Assembly: GCA_964612895.1 (NCBI GenBank)
Contig: CAZTFL010000001.1
Coordinates: 588,708 to 612,707, forward strand
Source: Candidatus Woesearchaeota archaeon
GTDB lineage: Archaea; Nanobdellota; Nanobdellia; Pacearchaeales; GW2011-AR1
Length of the DNA: 24,000 nt
Reading direction: 5' to 3'
Under the pieces are notes generated by a model. It saw nothing but the letters and a program-made list of their open reading frames with translations, made no database searches and had not been told where the DNA came from. A program made the translations under genes and the position numbers. Shown here in pieces: positions 9,317 to 18,168 of the stretch (within the stretch, counting starts at the first letter, position 1; each line of letters begins with the position of its first letter).

Positions 9317-9429
9317 ATAGTTTGTAGAGTTATTAATTTTAAAAAGATTTGCTTTTAATTATATTCTATAAGGATTATTTTGATTATAAAATTAGAAATG
9401 TTTTTATAATTAAAGAAATTTACTAGATA

Positions 9430-10059
9430 ATGGAAGAGATAGAAGAAAATAAATTTATTATAGAAAGAGATAAAGATCTAGATTTGATTATTAATTCTGT
9501 TAATGGTTTAAAAAAATGTTGTAATGAAATTTATAAATTTGCTTCAATTATAGCTGATAGTTATGATAATAATAAAAAAGTGGTTTTTTGTGGAGTTGGA
9601 AAAAATGCTTTATTGTCAGAAATGATTTGTGAATTTTTACAACCATTTAATGTTGTTTCTTTAGCACTAGATCATAATAGGGCAGTCCATGGAAATTTTG
9701 GTATATTATGTAAAAATGATATTTTTATATTATCTACAAAATCAGGGAATACAGTCGAATTGATATATATGATGGAGTGTTTGAAAAATAAAATGAATAT
9801 GGAGAATGTTTTTTTGATTTGTTCAAATAAAAATGCAGAATTAATTAAAAAATTTAAATTTAAAGATATTCTGATTATCCCACATTTTAATGAAATATCA
9901 AGATTTTCTCATTCTCCACAAACAACAATTTTAAATTATCTTATAGTAATGCAAATAATTGTTAATAAAATTGCTAAGAAAAAAGATATTACCGAAAGAG
10001 ATTATTTGCTCAACCATCAATCTGGAGAAATTGGTAAAAAATTTGAATTATTTAAATAA
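9430..10059 (+). CDS. SIS-domain sugar phosphate isomerase (KpsF/GutQ-like)
   Basis: VVFCGVGKNALLSEMICEFLQ, HGNFGILCKNDIFILSTKSGNTVEL, and the C-terminal LNHQSGEIGKKFELF that resembles the KpsF 'HPGGxLGRRL' segment. Confidence 0.8.
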   Translation: MEEIEENKFIIERDKDLDLIINSVNGLKKCCNEIYKFASIIADSYDNNKKVVFCGVGKNALLSEMICEFLQPFNVVSLALDHNRAVHGNFGILCKNDIFILSTKSGNTVELIYMMECLKNKMNMENVFLICSNKNAELIKKFKFKDILIIPHFNEISRFSHSPQTTILNYLIVMQIIVNKIAKKKDITERDYLLNHQSGEIGKKFELFK

Positions 10060-10123
10060 ATTTTTTTTAACCTTTTTCTATCTTCTCCAAAACACTTTTA
10101 TACTTGTTTTCTTTTTCTAGTTT

Positions 10124-10699
10124 ATGTTATATGATAGATGTTTAGGTTTTTTACTAATTTTTCTTTTTGGTTTGGGCTTTGTTTTTGCTTCTTCTTATAG
10201 TGTTTGTGCAGAGAATTGCGACTTTGCTTCTATTTCGCAGGCAATTTCTAATTCAAATGATGGGGATATTATTAATGTTTTAACTGGAGATTATAACGAA
10301 AAAATTGTTATAAATAAGAATTTAATTTTATTTGCAGAAAAAGGCGTAAATATTTATGGAAATAGTCCCGTTGTTTTAATTACAGACAAGAATGTTACTA
10401 TTAAGGGATTTAATATTTTTCCAACAGATGATTTAAGAATAGGAATTAAGATAAATAATTCAAATGATTATTCGATTGATGGAAATTTCGTCGAAGGAAA
10501 TATTGTTTATGGAATGGGAGTTGTTCCAAAGACGAGTTTTTTGACTGGAATGGCGGTCGCTGATGATTTTGATTCAGTAGATTGGTTATGGATTTTTTTA
10601 ATTATAGTGTTTTTCTTGGTTTCTTTTGTTATTGTCCGTATTGTAAAAAAGAAAAAACATTTATTGAACAAGGTAATAAAAGAAGATATTGGAATATAA
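10124..10699 (+). CDS. Secreted/membrane-anchored protein with short right-handed beta-helix (NosD/pectate-lyase-like) region
   Basis: N-terminal signal sequence (LLIFLFGLGFVFASSYSVCA), DFASISQAISNSNDGDIINVLTGDYNEKIVINKNLILFAEKGVNI repeat-type sequence, and a C-terminal TM helix followed by a lysine-rich tail. Confidence 0.6.
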   Translation: MLYDRCLGFLLIFLFGLGFVFASSYSVCAENCDFASISQAISNSNDGDIINVLTGDYNEKIVINKNLILFAEKGVNIYGNSPVVLITDKNVTIKGFNIFPTDDLRIGIKINNSNDYSIDGNFVEGNIVYGMGVVPKTSFLTGMAVADDFDSVDWLWIFLIIVFFLVSFVIVRIVKKKKHLLNKVIKEDIGI

Positions 10700-10746
10700 T
10701 TTTATTTAGTAAATTTTAAAAAGTGATAATTCTCTAATTTTGTATT

Positions 10747-10817
10747 GCGTGGGTAGTTTAGTGGCAGAATCTTTGGCTTCCAACCAAATGACCCGGGTTC
10801 GAGCCCCGGCCCGCGCA
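10747..10817 (+). tRNA. tRNA-Gly(TCC)
   Basis: Acceptor GCGTGGG/CCCGCGC (7 bp, one G-T), anticodon arm TTTGG-CTTCCAA-CCAAA with anticodon TCC, T arm CCGGG-TTCGAGC-CCCGG, discriminator A, no encoded CCA. Confidence 0.95.
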
Positions 10818-10833
10818 TTTAGTAATTTAAAAA

Positions 10834-11277
10834 TTATCTTTTTAGTTCTTCGTAATTAACATTTGAAATATCTAAGTTATTCCATTGCTGTGTTAATAAA
10901 TATCTTGGTTTTAATACTTGATAATCTTCTCTAAGTGAAAAAATGTCTATCCATCTTCTTTTTTCTAAATTATTAGGGCATAAAATTTTATCTAATACTT
11001 TTCTTTTGTATAAATGACAAATTTCCGGCAAAGCATCTGGAAGAACAATTGCTATATCAATATCACTTTTATCATTATCCCATTTAAATTCATATGCATG
11101 TGAACCAATTAAGTAAACATTTGTAATGTTTTTCATGTTTTCTAATTCCCAAGGTACGCCTTGTCCTTGACAAAATTCTTCCAATTTCCCTAAATATACA
11201 GTTTTCGCTATTTCTAACTTGGAAATCATCTCCTGAGTTGGTTCATCGTTTTTTCCTATATATCTTGGATTTGGCAT
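10834..11277 (-). CDS. Stand-alone nucleotidyltransferase-domain protein (MNT/pol-beta superfamily-like)
   Basis: VYLIGSHAYEFKWDNDKSDIDIAIVLPD matches the GSxA...(S/D)DID(I/L) nucleotidyltransferase signature. Confidence 0.65.
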   Translation of the reverse strand: MPNPRYIGKNDEPTQEMISKLEIAKTVYLGKLEEFCQGQGVPWELENMKNITNVYLIGSHAYEFKWDNDKSDIDIAIVLPDALPEICHLYKRKVLDKILCPNNLEKRRWIDIFSLREDYQVLKPRYLLTQQWNNLDISNVNYEELKR

Positions 11278-11427
11278 AAAATATACAATAATAAAAACTA
11301 TTTAAATCTTATGGTTTGTAACCACTATTTGATGATACAATATTTATTACAAATTTTTATTTAATGTTTTTATTTAAATACTCAAAAAATACAAAACATT
11401 TAAAATAGAACTATTTTTATTATTATT

Positions 11428-12459
11428 ATGAAATTTCGTGAATGGTATGATGTGAATTATAGGAAATTACTAATAATTCCTATTTTGTTAATTTTATCAT
11501 CTTTGATTTATATTAGTATTTTTTATTCTAATAATCAATCTTTTTTTTATACAGATGTTTCTTTGACTGGTGGAACTTCTTATACTATTTTAACAAATTA
11601 TTCTTCAGCTGATTTAGATAAAGAATTGTCAAATATATTTGAAGATTTTACTATTAAGGGAATTTCTGATGGTTCTGGAATGCAAACTCAACTAATAATT
11701 TCTGTTTCTGAAGAGAACTCAGAACAGATGAAGTTAGAATTGGAGAAAATTTTGGGATTTGAATTAAATGATGACAATACTTCCATTGAATTTACTTCAT
11801 CTAATCTTTCTAATGCTTTTTTAAAACAATTATATATCGCAATAATTTTAGCGTTCTTTTGGATGGGGGCAGTTGTTTTTGTAATGTTTGGGAAGGGTGG
11901 AAAATTGAAATTTTGGGTAATAATTATAAATTTAATTTTTGCAATTTTTTTAGGTAATTTTTTCTTTGAAATAAATTCTATTATTTCCTTTATTATTTTC
12001 TTATTATTTTCAATAAGTTTGTTTTATATTTATATAAAAAATTCTGTTCCATCTTTTGCCGTTATACTTTCTGCATTTGCAAATATTCTAATGACTTTAA
12101 CTGTTGTTAATTTGATGGGTTTGAAATTGTCTACAGCAGGAATTGTGTCTTTTTTGATGATTATTGGTTATTCTGTTGATACAGATATTATGTTAATAGT
12201 TCGTTTATTGAAGAAAGAAGAATCAGTTAATCATGCTATCTTAGGGGCTTTTAAGACAGGGATTTCAATGACAATTACTTCAATTATAGCTGTAGCAATT
12301 GCTTTATTTGTTGTTTATCCTTTTGCGAGTGTTTTAAATGAAATCTTTTTAATTCTTTTAATTGGTTTGGTTTTTGATTTAATGAACACTTGGCTTACTA
12401 ATGTTTCAATATTGAAGTGGTATTTTGATAAAAAAACAAAAAAGGAGGAAAAAATATGA
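11428..12459 (+). CDS. secF: Protein-export membrane protein SecF
   Basis: SLTGGTSYTI, AFFWMGAVVFVMFG, SFLMIIGYSVDTDIMLIVRLLKKE and AFKTGISMTITSIIAVAIAL: SecF TM4/TM5 motifs. It immediately precedes secD. Confidence 0.9.
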   Translation: MKFREWYDVNYRKLLIIPILLILSSLIYISIFYSNNQSFFYTDVSLTGGTSYTILTNYSSADLDKELSNIFEDFTIKGISDGSGMQTQLIISVSEENSEQMKLELEKILGFELNDDNTSIEFTSSNLSNAFLKQLYIAIILAFFWMGAVVFVMFGKGGKLKFWVIIINLIFAIFLGNFFFEINSIISFIIFLLFSISLFYIYIKNSVPSFAVILSAFANILMTLTVVNLMGLKLSTAGIVSFLMIIGYSVDTDIMLIVRLLKKEESVNHAILGAFKTGISMTITSIIAVAIALFVVYPFASVLNEIFLILLIGLVFDLMNTWLTNVSILKWYFDKKTKKEEKI

Positions 12460-14018
12460 AATTTACTCCTAAAATTTGGTTCTTTGTAATAGTTGCTGGT
12501 CTTTCATTCTTATCTTTATTTGTTTCCTTAAATCCTGTTGGATTGACTTTCTTGCAAAAAGGTGTTTTGATTGGTTCTGTTGATTCAAATTCTGTTTTAT
12601 ACGAAGATGGTGTTCGTCAAGGGATGACTATAACTGCAATAAATGGAAATAAGATAAATAATTTGTCAGATTTTTATGAAAATATTCATCCATATTTATT
12701 ATTAAATGAAAATGAAACTATTCGGGCTGAAATTTCTATTAAAGGAGTTAAAAATTCGATAATTGGTTTATATGGAAGAGATTCATTTAAAGATATAAAT
12801 GTTAAGAATATTCCATCGAGTAAGCTTAAAACTGGTTTGGATTTACAGGGTGGTGCTAGGGCCTTTGTTAGAGTTAATGGAAGTGTTAGTTCTTCTGATT
12901 TAGATGATGTTATTGCGATTTTAGAAGAAAGACTTAATGTTTATGGATTATCAGATATGCGATTGTATAAAGTAGATGCAGGGACAGAACAGCTTGTGGG
13001 TATTGAAATTGCGGGATCTTCTCCTGAACAACTAGAATCACTAATTGAAGAACAAGGTCATTTTGAAGCAAAAATAGGAAATTATAGTGTTTTTATTGGT
13101 GGAGATAAGGATGTTACTCATGTTGCTAGAACAGGCGAAAATGCCGGAATTTATGAATGTAGAGATACAGAAGGTGGTGCTTATTGTAGTTTTAGATTTA
13201 CCATAACATTAAGTGTTGTTGCGGCAGATAAATTTGCTGAGGCTACAAAAGATTTGGATGTAGAAGGGGATTATCTGTCTGAAAATATAACTTTTTATAT
13301 AGATGGTATTGAAACATCTGCACTTAAAATCTCAAGTGGATTAAAAGGTAGTCCTCAAACAACAATTTCTATAAGTGGTTCGGATGTCGGAGAAGATAAA
13401 CAGTCTGCTTATGATGGTGCAGAATTAGAAATGAAAAAATTACAAACAATATTAATTACAGGTAGTTTACCATACAAATTAGAAATAGTTAAAATAGATA
13501 GAATTTCTCCAAATGTAGGCGAAGATTTTACAAAAAGAATTTTATTAGCTGGTATTTTTGCATTCTTTGGTGTTATGTTATTTACATTTTTTAAATATAG
13601 GAAAATAAAAATTTCAATAGCATTAGTTTTAGTTTCATTTGCGGAAATATTAATTACTTTGGGAATTGCTTCTTTAATTAATTGGAATTTAGATTTAGCT
13701 TCTATTGCTGGAATTATTGCTGCTATTGGAACTGGAATAGATAGTGAAATTGTTATATTAGATGAATCAAGAGTAAAGGGAGAAAGTTTGAAAGAACAGA
13801 TAAAAAAAGCGTTATTTATTATAACAACTTCTTTTGTTACAACATTCGTTGCTCTTTTACCATTGACAGGGATTCTTGGATTTTTAGGAATAGGGGCTGC
13901 TTCGGCAGGATTACTTAAAGGATTTGCATTTACAACAATAATTGGAATAACTATAGGTGTTTTAATCAGTAGGCCAGCCTTCTCTGATATTGCAGAACAG
14001 CTGAAAGCTAACGATTAA
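12456..14018 (+). CDS. secD: Preprotein translocase subunit SecD
   Basis: TGLDLQGGARAFVRV, IAGSSPEQLESLIEEQGHFEAKI, LASIAGIIAAIGTGIDSEIVILDE. 4-nt overlap with secF. Confidence 0.92.
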   Translation: MKFTPKIWFFVIVAGLSFLSLFVSLNPVGLTFLQKGVLIGSVDSNSVLYEDGVRQGMTITAINGNKINNLSDFYENIHPYLLLNENETIRAEISIKGVKNSIIGLYGRDSFKDINVKNIPSSKLKTGLDLQGGARAFVRVNGSVSSSDLDDVIAILEERLNVYGLSDMRLYKVDAGTEQLVGIEIAGSSPEQLESLIEEQGHFEAKIGNYSVFIGGDKDVTHVARTGENAGIYECRDTEGGAYCSFRFTITLSVVAADKFAEATKDLDVEGDYLSENITFYIDGIETSALKISSGLKGSPQTTISISGSDVGEDKQSAYDGAELEMKKLQTILITGSLPYKLEIVKIDRISPNVGEDFTKRILLAGIFAFFGVMLFTFFKYRKIKISIALVLVSFAEILITLGIASLINWNLDLASIAGIIAAIGTGIDSEIVILDESRVKGESLKEQIKKALFIITTSFVTTFVALLPLTGILGFLGIGAASAGLLKGFAFTTIIGITIGVLISRPAFSDIAEQLKAND

Positions 14019-14063
14019 ATTTTGATACAAACTTTTTTAAACTGACTTTTTATTTTCTTAATA

Positions 14064-14699
14064 ATGGAAATTAAGAAAGGAGATTTTATAGAAATAGATT
14101 TTACTGGAAGGATTAAAGATGGAAATATTTTTGATACTACAATTAAATCTGTAGCGGAAGAAGAAAAATTAGATTCGAAAAATGTAAAACCTTTTATTTT
14201 GTCTGTTGGTTCTGATATGTTGCCTAAAGGATTTGATGATGATTTAATTGGAAAAGATATTGAAAAAAAATATTCTGTCAATGTTTCTCCTGAAAAAGGG
14301 TTTGGATTAAGAAATAAAAGTTTAGTTAAAATGGTACCTACAAAATTATTTTATGAACAAAAAATTATGCCTCAGAGAGGAATGCAACTTGCTTTAGATG
14401 ATCAAGTTGTTAAAATAATATCAGTTTCAGGCGGTAGAACTTTAGTTGATTTCAATGGACCTCTTGCAGGAAGAGAAATTATTTACGATTACAAAATTAA
14501 TAGATTAATAAATGATGAAAAAGAAAAAATAAATTCATTACAAGATTTCTTTTTTAGAAAGAAGTTTGATTTTGAAATTAAAGATAATAAAATTTTATTT
14601 AATATAGATAAAGAGTATGAACCATATTTTAAAATATTTGCTGGAAAATTTAAAGAAATTCTTGGAAAAGATATAGAAATAAGTGTAAAAAATATTTAA
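14064..14699 (+). CDS. Archaeal FKBP-type peptidyl-prolyl cis-trans isomerase
   Basis: KKGDFIEIDFTGRIKDGNIFDTT, FILSVGSDMLPKGFDDDLIGKDIEKKYSVNVSPEKGFG and VDFNGPLAGREIIYDYKI: SlyD/long archaeal FKBP architecture. Confidence 0.9.
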   Translation: MEIKKGDFIEIDFTGRIKDGNIFDTTIKSVAEEEKLDSKNVKPFILSVGSDMLPKGFDDDLIGKDIEKKYSVNVSPEKGFGLRNKSLVKMVPTKLFYEQKIMPQRGMQLALDDQVVKIISVSGGRTLVDFNGPLAGREIIYDYKINRLINDEKEKINSLQDFFFRKKFDFEIKDNKILFNIDKEYEPYFKIFAGKFKEILGKDIEISVKNI

Positions 14700-14852
14700 T
14701 TTTATGATTTTTTCAGTGTTTGAAAAGTTTTCTGTTTACAATATTTTTCTTTTTGTGTTATAATTAATTTATTCAGAAATACTTATGAGTGTAATTTTTA
14801 TAATTAAAGTGTATTGTCTTAAGTATTATCAACTTTTTTATTTTATTTATTA

Positions 14853-14927
14853 CGCCCTTGACAGGATTTGAACCTGCGACTCCTTCCTTAGGGGGGAAGT
14901 GCTCTATCCAAACTGAGCTACAAGAGC
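14853..14927 (-). tRNA. tRNA-Arg(CCT), with C at position 33
   Basis: Reverse complement GCTCTTGTAGCTCAGTTTGGATAGAGCACTTCCCCCCTAAGGAAGGAGTCGCAGGTTCAAATCCTGTCAAGGGCG folds into all four arms. Anticodon arm CTTCC-CCCCTAA-GGAAG gives anticodon CCT. No encoded CCA. Confidence 0.9.
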
Positions 14928-15141
14928 ATAAATACAAATATAAAAAATACTATAAAAACTTTGAGATTACAAATGAATAAAAACTTTAAGTGTTTAGAAA
15001 TAACATGGATCATGGGTTGGATGACAGACGGCGGAAATTAGTCGTCAGAAATCATATATCAACAATCAGAGTAAGTTTTCTAATAGAAAAGGTCAGATTG
15101 GAGTTGGAAAAATTCTTGCGATAGTTTTAGGCGTTATAGTT

Positions 15142-16710
15142 TTGGGTTTAGTTATTGTAGGAACGGCTACTGGTGTATTTCAGCCTGTAATTGAAAGAAT
15201 TGGCGCGAAAGGAGACGAACTACTAATAAAATTAAATACTGAAAAAGATATTGAAGCTAATGAAGATTATTTTTGTTATTCAACAGTAAAAATGATAAAA
15301 GATCAAGAGGTTAATTGGACCATTTGTGAAGATGGTGAATATTTTAACGCAACGGAGGGAATTAACGGGTTGGTGATTGAAGGAAAGAAGGTTGTTAAAT
15401 TATTTTATGGGAAAAAAGAAATAAAATATTATTTAGAAAAAGATGCAATAGAATATAGAGAATTAAACTCTAATTTAGAAAATTTATGGCAAAAAATTAG
15501 AGAAAATCGAGATTTGTTAAATATATTGTATCTACGTAATAATTTAACAGAAAAAGGTATTGATAAAATAGATTTTGGAGACTACAAAGATTTGGACGAT
15601 TATTATTTTTTCTCTAATAATTGTTCATTAAATAAAGATAAATTATTATATTTGAATACTAATGTTCTTTTCGAATCAAAATGTGTAATAGCTATTCCTA
15701 ACATTAATGGGAACATTGAAGATAGTGTGAAAGATTTAATTATTAACAATGAAGTATTTCAAACATATTTTCAGTTTGTAGATTTAAATAGTAATTCAAG
15801 AGAAATTTGTGAGGAAGTAAATAGAGATGTTAATAACAATGAATTTTTTATGTATTTTAAAGAAATAATAGAAGAATACTCTCTGAAAAATCAAGATGTT
15901 AATATCAAAGAAATAGTTTTTGATAGTGTAGTAAAAAGTTGTCAGACAATTTGTACTGAAGGTGATAGTTCTACCAGTAAACTTAGAGATTACGGAAATA
16001 AATGTTTAAATTTGTGTGATATGAATAGGGAAAAGTATAAAATTTTTCATTCACTTGGAGGAGATTGTTCTAATAGTATAGATTCAAATGAAGGAAATAA
16101 TGAAGAAAGATATAATGGAATTGTAAATAATATTAAGTCAAAAAAAATTTGGTTGGGTATATCTGAGGATTCGTTTATTGATATTGATAGTAATATTCTG
16201 ATAGATGAAAATAATCCCGATATTAATCAAGGTAATGTATTAAACAAAGCAGTTGAAGAATTCAAACAAAAAACTTCTGAAGAACAACAAAGAATATTTA
16301 GTGAAATGCAAAAACAATTTAATGATTTAAGAACCGATGATTTTAATGTTGAATATAAAATTAATCAAACAATAAATATTTCTGATTATTATTCTGAATG
16401 CGGAGGATGGCATTTAGAAACAGGGATAAATGTAATAACTTACGGGCGTGATTATGGAATTGTTTATAATAGTTTAGATAAGTTTGAAAGGAAAATAAAA
16501 TCATTTTTAGGTAGATTAAAAGAATGTCCGAATGTAAATTTTATTACAAAAAATTATTTAATTGTTGAATATAATTCTACGACAAAAATATGGGATTTAA
16601 ATTTATCAGCGCAAATTTTTAATTCGGATGATTTGAATAATTTAGAAAAAGAAATTAAGAGAGTTATAGAATTATTAAATTTATACAATTATAAATCTTT
16701 AAGAAATTAA
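15142..16710 (+). CDS. Large secreted protein of unknown function with archaellin/pilin-like class III signal sequence
   Basis: The frame is open from 15025 and encodes ...NNQSKFSNRKGQIGVGKILAIVLGVIVLGLVIVGTATG... (class III-like KGQ-IGVG plus hydrophobic stretch) before the ORF-track start at TTG 15142. No recognisable catalytic domain in the remainder. Confidence 0.6.
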   Translation: MGLVIVGTATGVFQPVIERIGAKGDELLIKLNTEKDIEANEDYFCYSTVKMIKDQEVNWTICEDGEYFNATEGINGLVIEGKKVVKLFYGKKEIKYYLEKDAIEYRELNSNLENLWQKIRENRDLLNILYLRNNLTEKGIDKIDFGDYKDLDDYYFFSNNCSLNKDKLLYLNTNVLFESKCVIAIPNINGNIEDSVKDLIINNEVFQTYFQFVDLNSNSREICEEVNRDVNNNEFFMYFKEIIEEYSLKNQDVNIKEIVFDSVVKSCQTICTEGDSSTSKLRDYGNKCLNLCDMNREKYKIFHSLGGDCSNSIDSNEGNNEERYNGIVNNIKSKKIWLGISEDSFIDIDSNILIDENNPDINQGNVLNKAVEEFKQKTSEEQQRIFSEMQKQFNDLRTDDFNVEYKINQTINISDYYSECGGWHLETGINVITYGRDYGIVYNSLDKFERKIKSFLGRLKECPNVNFITKNYLIVEYNSTTKIWDLNLSAQIFNSDDLNNLEKEIKRVIELLNLYNYKSLRN

Positions 16711-17558
16711 TTATCTATTTTGTATAATAATTCTTTTGGATAATTTTCTTCAGATATGCCAGATGATTTTAATAAAATGTAAGGATATTCATATTCTTTT
16801 TTGTTTTTTATATCCAAAATAGTATTTGTTTCTAGATTATAGGTAGGGGCTTCTTTTGTAAATTTTTTATTAACTGGACTATTTTCTATTAAGGAAAAAA
16901 AATCTCCAGAGTTAATTCCCTTGTTATATACTATTATATTATTATTTTTATAAGTAATAGCCACATAAGAATCTTCTATTGGAATATTATCACTATAATT
17001 CAAATTAAAATAATGTGTATCTCCTACAATAATATGTTCCGTTATTTCTGCATTAAATGAAATAATAGGCATAAAAGATTCTGAGATAACTTTCCCTGTT
17101 TTATCTATTTCCTTAAAATTAGAAACATCATAATAAATTAAAAAATCTTTTTCTTTATCAGAAATTATGTCATAACCAATTCTTGTACCTTTTGGAGCAA
17201 CCTTAATTCCATCTTCATTCATTTCTAATGCAATATTATTATTTTTTAATTTCTCGTAAAAATTAATCATTTCAGATTCCTCTTTTTGATTTTCTGAAAT
17301 TGGAGATTCTTGAATTGATTCTATTTCTCTAGTGTATTTTTCTGTTTGAGGTTCAGTTTGAATGTAAGATTCTTGAGATGTTTTTATATCTTGGATAACA
17401 GGATTTTCTTGTTGTACTATTTGAGTTATAGAGGCCTGGCTTACTTTTTCGTCTAGTGTTTTTTTAGAATCTTTACAAGAAATAGAACCAAATAACAGAC
17501 TAGCAACTAAAGCGGACACTCCTAATGCTTTTGCTATCCGGTTAGTTGTTTTATTCAT
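16707..17558 (-). CDS. Putative secreted lipoprotein of unknown function
   Basis: N-terminus MNKTTNRIAKALGVSALVASLLFGSISCKDSKK: positively charged n-region, hydrophobic core and lipobox-like SISC. Confidence 0.5.
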   Translation of the reverse strand: MNKTTNRIAKALGVSALVASLLFGSISCKDSKKTLDEKVSQASITQIVQQENPVIQDIKTSQESYIQTEPQTEKYTREIESIQESPISENQKEESEMINFYEKLKNNNIALEMNEDGIKVAPKGTRIGYDIISDKEKDFLIYYDVSNFKEIDKTGKVISESFMPIISFNAEITEHIIVGDTHYFNLNYSDNIPIEDSYVAITYKNNNIIVYNKGINSGDFFSLIENSPVNKKFTKEAPTYNLETNTILDIKNKKEYEYPYILLKSSGISEENYPKELLYKIDN

Positions 17559-17709
17559 AAAGTATGAATGTGTTTAATCTTTAAAAATGTTACGGGACAA
17601 TAGTAACAGTTTACAATTAAACATCAGTTGTGAGTAGGCATATGTCAGTAATCTAAAGTTAGTTGTGAAAAATAGGAATAAATAAAAACATTTTCTTTTA
17701 ATTATTATT

Positions 17710-18168
17710 ATGAAACCGATTTGTCATATGATATATGCTGGTGTAATTTCTTTATTTATGTATTTTTTTTATAGTGTTTCAATATATTTTTTATTTATTT
17801 TTTGGATATCTTCTTGGTTAATTCCAGATTTAGATCATTATTTTTCTTTTGTTTTTAGGAATAAATCATTTAATTTTTCTAATTTTTTGAGTGTATCTTA
17901 TAATAAAAGAAGTAGTTGGAAAAAAATGAGAAAAGAAGAAAAAAATAATTATAGATATACTCCGATGTTTTTTCATTCTATAGAATGTATTATTTTAATA
18001 TTTCTAATTTCATTTATAAAAATTGATTTTCTTTATATTGCAATGGGAATTATTTTTCATGATTTTTTGGATATAATAGATTTTTATAATAGAAAAGAAA
18101 ATATTTTTATAAAGATGTCATTTATATATACTCTAATATATAATAAAAATAAGAGGTTGTTTAAATGA
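17710..18168 (+). CDS. Small integral membrane protein, possible YdjM/DUF457-like 'metal-dependent hydrolase' family
   Basis: HMIYAGVISLF...SSWLIPDLDHYFSF (PDLDH motif), FHSIECIILIFL and IFHDFLDIIDF. Confidence 0.4.
   Translation: MKPICHMIYAGVISLFMYFFYSVSIYFLFIFWISSWLIPDLDHYFSFVFRNKSFNFSNFLSVSYNKRSSWKKMRKEEKNNYRYTPMFFHSIECIILIFLISFIKIDFLYIAMGIIFHDFLDIIDFYNRKENIFIKMSFIYTLIYNKNKRLFK

Noticed and set aside
9030-9320. 96-aa plus-strand ORF opposite the nucleotidyltransferase-kinase gene
   Set aside because: Lies entirely antisense to the strongly supported nucleotidyltransferase domain.
14015-14281. 88-aa minus-strand ORF opposite the FKBP gene
   Set aside because: Antisense to a conserved FKBP N-terminus, with no motif.
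14996-15060. Possible C/D-box-like guide RNA or hairpin (ggatgac...gtcgtcagaaatc)
   Set aside because: The C and D box matches are imperfect, there is no convincing kink-turn arrangement, and most of the stretch is explained as the 5' region of the downstream secreted-protein frame.
17559-17709. Short direct repeat agttgtga in the spacer upstream of the YdjM-like gene
   Set aside because: Only two imperfect 8-nt copies, which is expected by chance in an AT-rich spacer.
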